This document shows positions 56,106-64,000 of a DNA stretch of 64,000 nt, piece by piece. A program made the position numbers and the translations under genes. Within the stretch, counting starts at the first letter, position 1; each line of letters begins with the position of its first letter. This DNA comes from an uncultured Phocaeicola sp. (GTDB lineage: Bacteria > Bacteroidota > Bacteroidia > Bacteroidales > Bacteroidaceae): assembly GCA_964469845.1 (NCBI GenBank), contig CAYXZF010000002.1, positions 1,031 to 65,030 on the forward strand, given 5' to 3'. The notes below the pieces were generated by a model. It worked only from the letters and a program-made list of their open reading frames with translations, had not been told where the DNA came from and ran no database searches.

Positions 56106-57484
56106 AACTTATTTAAACGGATGTGTTGGGGTGCAATGGTGATGCCCACACGGTCGCCATCGTCCCATACATCATTGGTATCTACATAAATGTTTTCGTC
56201 CCAGTCGGTCAGCACCGTCAGGTGATAGTGATTACCTTTATATAATATGAATTTCACTTCACCGGTCAGGCGACCGTCTTCTTCGTTGTCCTCCAAAATG
56301 ACATGACGGAAGTCTATCTGCACTTCCACCTTGTCGCCGGACGACAACCCGCTCTGAGGCAGACATTCGAACGTACTGCCCAGAAATTCCACATGCGATT
56401 CGTCCGTCATCTTACCCTCGAAAGTATTGCAAGTGCGTTCTTTCTTCATCACGTGAATATCGAAAGGCTTCACCAACAGACCGACTTCACGTCCCACCTC
56501 AAAACTGTGATAATCCTGTACCATCAGTTCGTAACCTTCTTTGGTTTGGACAAGCATTTCAAAATGAACCCCCTTGAAGATGCAACTCGTTACCGTGCCC
56601 GTCAGTTGGGCGGCATCGGAGGGGTCGAAAATATAAATATCTTCCGGACGAATCACCACATCCACGGGTACATTATCGCCGAATCCCTTGTCCACACACT
56701 CGAACTCGTGTCCGGCAAAACTGACCACTTCGTCCTTTATCATCGTGCCGTTCAAGATGTTGCTTTCGCCAATAAAGTCCGCCACGAAAGAATTGATAGG
56801 CTCGTTGTAAATGTCCATCGGCGTGCCGATTTGCTGGATTTTCCCTTCACTCATCACCACGATGGTGTCACTCAACGTCAAGGCCTCTTCTTGGTCATGC
56901 GTCACATAAACAAAAGTGATGCCCAACTTTTGGTGCATTTCCTTCAGTTCCATCTGCATGTCCTTACGCATCTTCAGGTCGAGGGCAGCCAACGGCTCAT
57001 CGAGCAACAGCACCTCCGGCTCGTTTACAATGGCACGGGCGATGGCCACACGCTGTTGCTGACCGCCCGACAAGGAATCCACATCACGGTCTTCATAATC
57101 CGTCATACCCACCATCTTCAAGGCAGACTTCACCTTCTTGGCGATAAGCTGCTTCGGTGTCTTCTTCAACTTCAATCCGAACGCGATGTTGTCAAACACA
57201 TTCAGATGAGGAAACAGCGCATACTTCTGGAATACGGTATTCACAGGACGCAAGTGAGGAGGAGTCTGCGTGATGGCCTTTCCCGAAATGCGGATTTCGC
57301 CTTCCGATGCCGTCTGAAAGCCGGCTATCAAACGCAGAAGCGTTGTTTTACCACAGCCCGAAGGGCCCAAAATGGTAACAAACTCCCCTTTTTTCACATT
57401 CAAATGGATGTTATCTAAGGCTACTTTTTCACCAAAGAATTTTGAAACACCCTGAACTTCAATGATATAACTAGATTTATTCAT
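56102..57484 (-). CDS. potA: Spermidine/putrescine ABC transporter ATPase with an extended C-terminal (TOBE-like) region
   Basis: Walker [10 protein letters not shown], signature LSGGQQQR, Walker B LLLDEP. 460 aa. Confidence 0.9.
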   Translation of the reverse strand: MNKSSYIIEVQGVSKFFGEKVALDNIHLNVKKGEFVTILGPSGCGKTTLLRLIAGFQTASEGEIRISGKAITQTPPHLRPVNTVFQKYALFPHLNVFDNIAFGLKLKKTPKQLIAKKVKSALKMVGMTDYEDRDVDSLSGGQQQRVAIARAIVNEPEVLLLDEPLAALDLKMRKDMQMELKEMHQKLGITFVYVTHDQEEALTLSDTIVVMSEGKIQQIGTPMDIYNEPINSFVADFIGESNILNGTMIKDEVVSFAGHEFECVDKGFGDNVPVDVVIRPEDIYIFDPSDAAQLTGTVTSCIFKGVHFEMLVQTKEGYELMVQDYHSFEVGREVGLLVKPFDIHVMKKERTCNTFEGKMTDESHVEFLGSTFECLPQSGLSSGDKVEVQIDFRHVILEDNEEDGRLTGEVKFILYKGNHYHLTVLTDWDENIYVDTNDVWDDGDRVGITIAPQHIRLNKL

Positions 57485-57556
57485 ATTCCTTTCGTTATGA
57501 GCCGCAAAGATAAAAAAATTATCATTATCTTTGCAAAAACATTATAAACATTTTAT

Positions 57557-58651
57557 ATGAAAAAATTAGTTTATTTTTTGGCAGCCGGAAGCATGGCGTT
57601 TGCGGCTTGCACCAACGAACCCGCCTACAAGATTTCGGGTATCGTAGAGAATGCGACCGATGGCGAATGGGTTTATTTGCAGGAAGTCAAGGGTAGAGAA
57701 TTGGTTAAATTGGACTCTGCCGCAGTGACCAACGGAGCGTTCACTTTCAGCGGACGACAGGATACGGCCGTAAGCCGCTACCTTACTTATACTCCGGCAG
57801 AAGCCAAGCGCATCATGACCGACTTCTTCTTGGAAAACGGAAACATCACCGTAACATTGGGCGAAGAAAGTACCGTTGGCGGCACGACCAACAACGACAT
57901 CTATCAGGCTTACAAGAACGAAAGCCTTCCGATAAATAAAGAAATCGGCGAAATTTACAAGAAGAGCAGAGAAGAAGGTTTGTCTGCCGAACAAGAGGCC
58001 GAATTGGAAAAACAATACGACGAATGGGCCGCCAAGTTGTCCGAACTGACTTACAAGACCATTGAAACCAACATCGCCAATCCGGTAGGCATCTACCTCT
58101 GGCCAAACAATTCTTATAGCATGGAATTGTCGCAACTCCAGGCTTTGGCAGCCAAAGTTCCCGCCGAATACCGAAACAACGAACGCATCGCCAAGTTGCT
58201 GAAACACATCGAAGTTCTCGGCAAAACAGCCGTAGGTCAAAAGTTCACCGACTTCGCCATGACGGATACGGAAGGAAACACCGTGAAACTCTCAGACCTC
58301 ATCAGCAAGAACAAATATACACTGATTGACTTTTGGGCAAGCTGGTGCGGTCCTTGCCGCCGCGAAATGCCGAACGTGGTTGCCGCTTACAAGGAATTTA
58401 ACAAGAAAGGCTTCGGCATTGTAGGCGTATCGCTCGACAACGATGCCGACAAGTGGAAAGCAGCCATCAAAGAACTGGGCATGACTTGGAATCACCTGTC
58501 CGACCTGAAAGGCTGGCAATGTGAAGGAGCCGCTCTCTATGGCGTGAACTCCATCCCCGCCACGGTATTGGTAGACCAAGAAGGTACCATCATCGAACGT
58601 AACCTCCGAGGCGAAGCCATCAAGGAAAAGCTCAGCGAACTGCTGAAGTAA
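57557..58651 (+). CDS. TlpA-family thiol-disulfide oxidoreductase lipoprotein (DUF4369 N-terminal domain plus redoxin)
   Basis: Lipobox AFAAC and WASWCGPC active site. 364 aa. Confidence 0.88.
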   Translation: MKKLVYFLAAGSMAFAACTNEPAYKISGIVENATDGEWVYLQEVKGRELVKLDSAAVTNGAFTFSGRQDTAVSRYLTYTPAEAKRIMTDFFLENGNITVTLGEESTVGGTTNNDIYQAYKNESLPINKEIGEIYKKSREEGLSAEQEAELEKQYDEWAAKLSELTYKTIETNIANPVGIYLWPNNSYSMELSQLQALAAKVPAEYRNNERIAKLLKHIEVLGKTAVGQKFTDFAMTDTEGNTVKLSDLISKNKYTLIDFWASWCGPCRREMPNVVAAYKEFNKKGFGIVGVSLDNDADKWKAAIKELGMTWNHLSDLKGWQCEGAALYGVNSIPATVLVDQEGTIIERNLRGEAIKEKLSELLK

Positions 58652-58693
58652 CGCTCGGTACGGAATCTTTTTACAATAACCGTTTTCACTTAC

Positions 58694-58738
58694 ACTCCTT
58701 CCACCGCCGTAATAACAACGGGATGGAAGGAGTTTTTC
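58694..58738 (+). terminator. Intrinsic terminator after the TlpA-like gene
   Basis: ACTCCTTCCA N20 TGGAAGGAGT TTTT. Confidence 0.65.
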
Positions 58739-58822
58739 TATCCGTCCTTTCCCTCCACTGAAAAGATACGTTTCCTGCCTCGACAAGAAGACAAACTTAT
58801 CGCGACAAGATAAGGAGGTTAT

Positions 58823-60028
58823 TTATAAGTCATCGGCAATCAGTTCGTTGGCTCTGTCAATCGTTGTCGAATCGATGGACGCAAGATAGATTTGCGTGGT
58901 CGAAACGGAATCATGTCCAAGTGCATCGGAAATGACATGAACCGGAACATTCTTCACCTTGGCTATGGTCGCCCAAGTATGGCGGGTGACGTAAGTGGTA
59001 AGAACGGCCGGCAAACAAAGCATCTTCGCAATGACTTTGAGGGATTTATTGACGCGCCGCAAGGCAGACGCATACTGCATACGCTCATTCTTTCCGGGAG
59101 CCGTGATAATGGGGAGCAAATACGGTGTCCTTCCGGTCGAATAACGGCCGATAAGTTCGTCAATCTGCTTGATGATTTTGACGTGAAGCAACTGCCCCGT
59201 CTTGTGCCGCCGATAGCTCAGCATCCCGTTCTGAACATCCGATTTTCGCAAGAAAGCGGCATCGATAAACGACATCCCCCTGCACAGAAAAAGGAAAAGA
59301 AACATATCCCGCGCAAATCGCAAACCGGGTCTGCGCGAGAGGTCCAGTTCCTTTATCCGCTTGAGGTCATCAATGGATATGGCTCGTTTCTGTGTTTTTT
59401 CGATGCCGGTAAATACGTTTCGGAAAGGCTTGCTATCAGCCACCAGTTCCTGTTCGACCGCACGATTGTAAACCGCCCGAAGAATGCGCAAATAAAAAGA
59501 TGTGGAATTGGGGGAAAGCCCGGCCGAATAAAGATAGGCTTGATAATCCTCAATGACCACCGTGTCGATGGCCTCGAACGAAATATCCTCGTCCGCACGG
59601 AAACGCTTGAAACGCCCCAAAGCGGCACGATAATTATCGGCTGTCCCCATGCGTCCCAATTGTTCCTGCCTGCTTATGAGGTTCTCCATGAAAAAGAAAA
59701 ACGTACCCTCCCGGCAAACACGCTTGAACTCCCGAATCACGTCATCGGGCGAAGAGATGCCTTGCCGATTGTCAAAACCCACAATGATTCTGCGCAACCT
59801 CTCCACATCCCAATACAACCTCCGCTCCATCGTTTGGACAACCATCGCCCGTTCATATCCAAGATCGTCAGAAACAAACCGAGCGTGTTTTATATCCCAT
59901 TCGGCGGGAAAGACTTTGTAATCGGTCGTAATCTGACGGACCATGTTATCCCCGATTACCCGAAGAACGATACTGCCCGGACGACCAGCAATCGACGACG
60001 GGCGAAATTTTACTCTAACTGTAGTCAT
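58823..60028 (-). CDS. Tyrosine site-specific recombinase/integrase (Bacteroides-type, N-terminal arm-binding domain)
   Basis: 401 aa. Catalytic region TRHTWAT and LGHDSVSTTQIYL (R..HxxR..H..Y). The N-terminus MTTVRVKFRPSS is typical of Bacteroidales integrases. Confidence 0.9.
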   Translation of the reverse strand: MTTVRVKFRPSSIAGRPGSIVLRVIGDNMVRQITTDYKVFPAEWDIKHARFVSDDLGYERAMVVQTMERRLYWDVERLRRIIVGFDNRQGISSPDDVIREFKRVCREGTFFFFMENLISRQEQLGRMGTADNYRAALGRFKRFRADEDISFEAIDTVVIEDYQAYLYSAGLSPNSTSFYLRILRAVYNRAVEQELVADSKPFRNVFTGIEKTQKRAISIDDLKRIKELDLSRRPGLRFARDMFLFLFLCRGMSFIDAAFLRKSDVQNGMLSYRRHKTGQLLHVKIIKQIDELIGRYSTGRTPYLLPIITAPGKNERMQYASALRRVNKSLKVIAKMLCLPAVLTTYVTRHTWATIAKVKNVPVHVISDALGHDSVSTTQIYLASIDSTTIDRANELIADDL

Positions 60029-60071
60029 ACTTACATTGCTTTTAAATGATAATTCAGCATGAAGAAAAGTA

Positions 60072-60079
60072 CAAACTTA
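60072..60079 (-). promoter_or_regulatory. -7 box TAAGTTTG (minus strand) for the integrase
   Basis: CAAACTTA on the plus strand, about 45 nt upstream of the ATG at 60028. Confidence 0.45.
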
Positions 60080-60130
60080 CAGTCAAAATACAACCATTCG
60101 TCCGGAATCATTTTAGGGATTCTGACACAC

Positions 60131-60171
60131 AAAAACAGAAAGGGCCGTGTCGTAAAGAACAGACACAACCC
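60131..60171 (-). terminator. Intrinsic terminator of the GH3 gene
   Basis: On the minus strand: GGGTTGTGTC N10 GACACGGCCC (two G-U pairs) followed by TTTCTGTTTTT. Confidence 0.6.
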
Positions 60172-60205
60172 CTTCGTTTTTTTGTCATGAAGACAACAAA
60201 TCGTG

Positions 60206-62461
60206 TCACCTTATCACATTCAGTTCCCGACGGAGTTTCAACACATCATTCACCGGCTTGACAAAAGCCTTCTTTTGAGTGTAGGAAGCGCGGGCACGGA
60301 TGTCCTCGGACGAAGCGCCGAACTGTACTTCGTACAAGCCGGTTTCCGTCTGCCATTGCGAGGCATTTTGATTGAATGAAGCCAAATCAAAAGCGCTGAC
60401 TTTGAACGTCAGTGTCTCACTCTCGCCCGGACGGAGAAGACGGGTCTTTCCGAACGATTTCAATTCACGGACGGGTTTCTTCATGTCCTTACCGGGAGCA
60501 GACACATAGAGCTGTACCGCTTCCTTACCGGCAACATTACCCGTATTTTTCACGACAATACTTGCCGTAAAGCCATCGGAAGTAGCTTTTACCACCGGCT
60601 TGCTATAAGTGAAATCCGTGTAACTCAAGCCATATCCGAAAGGATAAGAAACTGCCTTATCGAAAGTCGTGAAGTATCTGTAACCCACATAAATATCCTC
60701 TTCATGCAGGGTGTAGTCGATGTTACGGCGATTGTCTCCGTGCTTGGAACCGGTTCCTGTGGGGAAGTTGTTCACGGCCGGAATATCCGAAGCCATAACC
60801 GGGAAGGTCATAGTCAGTTTACCCGACGGAGTTTCCTTACCCGTCAAGACATCGGCCACGGAGTTACCACCTTCCTGTCCCGGCTGCCAAGCCATGAGGA
60901 TGGCATCCGGCATACCTTTCCAAGAAGCGGTTTCCATCACGTTACCCATGTTCATGATAACCACCACCTTTTTGTTCAACGCATGAAAAGCGTTGCAGAT
61001 ATTCTCCAGCATGACACGTTCCACCGCAGTCATGTTGAAGTCATTGTCTATTTGGCGGTCGCTGGCTTCACCCGCCTGACGTCCAATGGTTACAATGGCG
61101 ATGTCATTGTCCGCAGCCAAACTTTCGATGGCACGACGCGAAAGGCTCATTTCTTCCAACTTTCGGTTGTCGCCCAAACGGTTCACCTTATTGCGATGTT
61201 CCTTGTAACTTTCATAAGCTTCCTGCAATTTCTTGTCGATTATAAATCCGGCATTTGTCAATCCGGTCTTCAAGTCGATGACGTAAGGTTTGTTCACGTT
61301 TCCGGAACCGGTACCTCCTGCGATGAAATCGTAAGAAGTATTACCGAACAAAGCCACTTTCTTCACATCTTTCAACGGCAATGTCTGATTCTTGTTTTCA
61401 AGCAAGACCATCCCTTCGGTCGAAGTCTGACGCGTCAGTTCGGCATGTGCTTTAAGGTCGGGCTTGTTGCTGAACTTATATCCGCAGAAACGAGGAGTCT
61501 TTACGATAAGTTCAAGAAGTTTCGTTACACGGTCATCCACTATTTTCATGGACAGTTGGCCACTCTTCACATGATTGATAATGTCCTCCTCCTGCCAGTC
61601 ATGTCCCGGAGTAAGCAGTTCGTTACCGGCAGCCACACGGTCAAAAGAAGTACGACGTTCATTCGTCCAGTCGGTCATCACCAATCCGTCATAACCCCAC
61701 TCGTTGCGCAGGACGGTCAATAACAATTCAGGACTCGACTGCGTCCAAGTACCGTTCAAGCGGTTGTACGAAGACATCACTGTCCACGGAGTAGAATTGG
61801 CCACCGTATATTCAAATCCTTTCAGATAAATCTCGCGCAAAGCACGTGGAGATACAATTTCGTCCACCTCGATACGGTTGGTTTCCTGACTGTTCACCGC
61901 AAAGTGTTTGATGCTCGTACCTACACCGTTACTCTGTACACCGTTTACATACGAAGTCGCAATGACACCCGTCACCACCGGGTCTTCCGAATAATACTCG
62001 AAGTTACGTCCGCAAAGCGGAGTACGATGAATGTTCATACCCGGTGCCAGCAACACATCGCAACCATATTCCAAAGTCTCGTTACCGATGGCCTTGCCTA
62101 CATTTTCCACCAACTGCGGATTCCAAGTACAAGCCAAAGCCGTTCCTACCGGAAAACCGGTCGCATAATATGTCTGCGAATCACCCTCACGAGTAGGACT
62201 GATACGTACTCCGGCAGGACCGTCGGTCAATACGATGGTAGGAATACCCAAACGAGGAACATTCTGTGTGGTACCTGCCGCCCCCGGCACACCATTTTTA
62301 CTTTTACTGTTTTCGCGACCCACCAACAGGCGCGCCTTTTCTTCCAGAGTCAGCGCCTTAACCACCTCATCGATGTTGTCCGCTCTCAATTTCAAATTCT
62401 GTGCTGAAAGGCTTCCAACGCCCATCAGCAACAATCCCATTGTAAAAAACTTGATATTCAT
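60206..62461 (-). CDS. Glycoside hydrolase family 3 (beta-glucosidase/xylosidase-like), secreted
   Basis: 751 aa with a signal peptide. KHFAVNSQE and nucleophile region GLVMTDW. C-terminal FnIII-like domain. Confidence 0.92.
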   Translation of the reverse strand: MNIKFFTMGLLLMGVGSLSAQNLKLRADNIDEVVKALTLEEKARLLVGRENSKSKNGVPGAAGTTQNVPRLGIPTIVLTDGPAGVRISPTREGDSQTYYATGFPVGTALACTWNPQLVENVGKAIGNETLEYGCDVLLAPGMNIHRTPLCGRNFEYYSEDPVVTGVIATSYVNGVQSNGVGTSIKHFAVNSQETNRIEVDEIVSPRALREIYLKGFEYTVANSTPWTVMSSYNRLNGTWTQSSPELLLTVLRNEWGYDGLVMTDWTNERRTSFDRVAAGNELLTPGHDWQEEDIINHVKSGQLSMKIVDDRVTKLLELIVKTPRFCGYKFSNKPDLKAHAELTRQTSTEGMVLLENKNQTLPLKDVKKVALFGNTSYDFIAGGTGSGNVNKPYVIDLKTGLTNAGFIIDKKLQEAYESYKEHRNKVNRLGDNRKLEEMSLSRRAIESLAADNDIAIVTIGRQAGEASDRQIDNDFNMTAVERVMLENICNAFHALNKKVVVIMNMGNVMETASWKGMPDAILMAWQPGQEGGNSVADVLTGKETPSGKLTMTFPVMASDIPAVNNFPTGTGSKHGDNRRNIDYTLHEEDIYVGYRYFTTFDKAVSYPFGYGLSYTDFTYSKPVVKATSDGFTASIVVKNTGNVAGKEAVQLYVSAPGKDMKKPVRELKSFGKTRLLRPGESETLTFKVSAFDLASFNQNASQWQTETGLYEVQFGASSEDIRARASYTQKKAFVKPVNDVLKLRRELNVIR

Positions 62462-62509
62462 TTCTTTTTTTATTGATAAATTTATTATTTCAACTACTTG
62501 TCGGCAAAC

Positions 62510-64000
62510 TTAAATTACTTTCACGACCAAGCCCGGAGCAGACAAATCTCCCTCCGTGGCATTCATCAGGCCGATTTTATTGATGACTTTACCCGATATG
62601 ATTAAACGGTTGCCCTCTACTTTCACTTCACGGGTCACATCTACGGGAGTATCCCCCGCCAAGTCTTGTGCAAACACCCGTACCTCACTATTGGGAGCAG
62701 ACGGATAAACAATGGTTACTTCTTGAAAATATCCGAACAACCCCAACGGAGCCGACCAATCTTTCCCTTCAATCGTTACCGGCACTTCCTTAGCTACGTA
62801 CTCACGACCAATGGCACGACCGATAGCCGCCAAAGCTACGGCTCCATTCGGATAAGCGGAGGACAAAACGAACGGGCGCAAAGAAGTGGTATCAGCCACT
62901 TCGGGCAGCGACATGCCGCGACTCACTCTGGCCGGAGCGCTTTCGCGTAATACTGAACCGATTCGGCGTCCCTTATTCCATGTCTCGTTTTCACGGAGTT
63001 CCCATGAATCGGTCAATTTCACCGTATCTATCACACAATTACCATCCACGGCAAACGGTTCGGCTATGCGATGCCAACGGACGGCACGCACTATTTCATC
63101 CAAACATTTCTTGTAATTATGTCCTACCGGCGGAAAGGCTTCATCCTGACGTCCGTTTGGCAGATTGCCGGAAAACGGATGACGCATAATGCCGATAGCG
63201 CATCCCATCCCCACGGCGATATAGGGTTCATCTTCACAATTGACAATTCCCTTCGCACCCTCTTGCGCTTTGAAAGAAAGCAAATTGCTCACCCGTTGAA
63301 TAGTGACCGGTTGGGCGATGATATTTTCCACATCGTATGTACGGAAAACATCGCTAAATTCGATATACTCATTCTTCATGGCGTGTTCTATCCACAAGTG
63401 AGGCGCATATTCTTTTCCCAAACGGGTCAGCATCTTCCGCCATTCATCATCGCGCGAACGATGCCCCCAATCCACTTTCCAATATGAGAACCCGGCTTCG
63501 TGAGCTGTTTTCAGTCTTTCTGTCCAATAAGTTTCTTCGTCCGTTTCAGAGAAGTTGTCCGATTTTTGAGCGCAAATCCATCCGCCGGCTCCTTTCCAAC
63601 CCATGTCCTTGAACCTTTGAGTCAGTTTTTTCAAACGCTCGGTCGGTGTACCGGTGAACGACGGAAAACGTTCTTCGTTCAGTTCGGTTGTACCTAAATA
63701 AGGATTCTCCCGCTTGGTATTCACATTCGCGGGAATGTCCCACGAATCGTCCATGACAAAGTACAAGTCTTGACGGATGGCAGGAAAGAAACTTGCCCAA
63801 TTTTGATATTTACCTTTCCCGAAAATGTTCGCTTCTGTCATCGCTTCCCTCATCTTATCCGAGTTTTCATAATCCACAACGTATGCTTGCAGATTCCAAG
63901 TACACAAACAATCGGGTGCAGCGGAGGGAGTGTCTGGAACCAGACTTTTCATAGGTTGCCCGGAAGAGCAACCCGCCAAGGCCAAAACGCCAAGGCATAA
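62510..64000 (-). CDS. Lipoprotein with an alpha-galactosidase-like (clan GH-D, GH27/36-like) TIM-barrel signature; the N-terminus lies just beyond the window
   Basis: The reading frame continues to the window end (..LCLGVLALAGCSSG lipobox). FVMDDSW, ERFPSF and GFSYWKVDWG parallel the GH27 motifs DDCW, RFP and VDYLKYDNC. Confidence 0.55.
   Translation of the reverse strand, partial: LCLGVLALAGCSSGQPMKSLVPDTPSAAPDCLCTWNLQAYVVDYENSDKMREAMTEANIFGKGKYQNWASFFPAIRQDLYFVMDDSWDIPANVNTKRENPYLGTTELNEERFPSFTGTPTERLKKLTQRFKDMGWKGAGGWICAQKSDNFSETDEETYWTERLKTAHEAGFSYWKVDWGHRSRDDEWRKMLTRLGKEYAPHLWIEHAMKNEYIEFSDVFRTYDVENIIAQPVTIQRVSNLLSFKAQEGAKGIVNCEDEPYIAVGMGCAIGIMRHPFSGNLPNGRQDEAFPPVGHNYKKCLDEIVRAVRWHRIAEPFAVDGNCVIDTVKLTDSWELRENETWNKGRRIGSVLRESAPARVSRGMSLPEVADTTSLRPFVLSSAYPNGAVALAAIGRAIGREYVAKEVPVTIEGKDWSAPLGLFGYFQEVTIVYPSAPNSEVRVFAQDLAGDTPVDVTREVKVEGNRLIISGKVINKIGLMNATEGDLSAPGLVVKVI

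Noticed and set aside
1-64000. Search for tRNA, rRNA, tmRNA, RNase P RNA and CRISPR arrays in the intergenic regions.
   Set aside because: No cloverleaf-like sequences, rRNA-like conserved blocks or regularly spaced direct repeats were seen in any spacer longer than 100 bp. This is an eye scan only, so tRNAscan, Infernal and CRISPR finders should confirm it.

Overview
The window is a 64-kb stretch of a Bacteroidales (Bacteroidota) chromosome. Evidence for the taxon: repeated TAnnTTTG -7 promoter boxes about 25-60 nt upstream of start codons, many lipobox lipoproteins, and Bacteroides-typical gene families and synteny. It is densely coding on both strands, and about 60 CDS can be supported. 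No rRNA, tRNA or CRISPR array was recognised by eye.

Most of the content is core housekeeping:
- Cell division and envelope: ftsK, a LolA-like gene, trxB, an M16 peptidase, a DUF5687/ABC/NlpC-P60 set, an AmgK-like kinase with murU.
- Central functions: metH, smpB, maf-kdsC, tex, nudC, fbp class 3, panDC, a phosphoglucomutase, potABCD, a TlpA-like redoxin.
- Propionate pathway: the Na+-pumping methylmalonyl-CoA decarboxylase operon.
- Glycan use: GH2, GH3 and a clan GH-D-like hydrolase.

The regions most worth a second look:
1. A visibly AT-rich ~1.4-kb insertion (about 21.3-22.7 kb). It carries a tightly coupled DUF3791/DUF3990/DUF3791 three-gene module whose central protein has a PARP-like H-Y-E motif pattern. 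The insertion is bracketed by diverged direct repeats made of the 3' end plus terminator of the neighbouring gene.
2. That neighbouring operon itself, a NifU-like protein plus a 'GGGtGRT' protein, conserved but of unknown function.
3. An APH-type (AmgK-like) sugar kinase fused to a RapZ C-terminal domain, translationally coupled to murU.
4. A tatA...tatC operon that encloses a Tat-signal Gfo/Idh/MocA oxidoreductase, a DUF1080 protein and a xylose-isomerase-like protein.
5. A 284-bp nested inverted-repeat element next to a promoter- and terminator-equipped 40-codon micro-ORF.
6. An orphan tyrosine recombinase.

All family names come from reading the translations and from recollection of the families. 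No database search was run.
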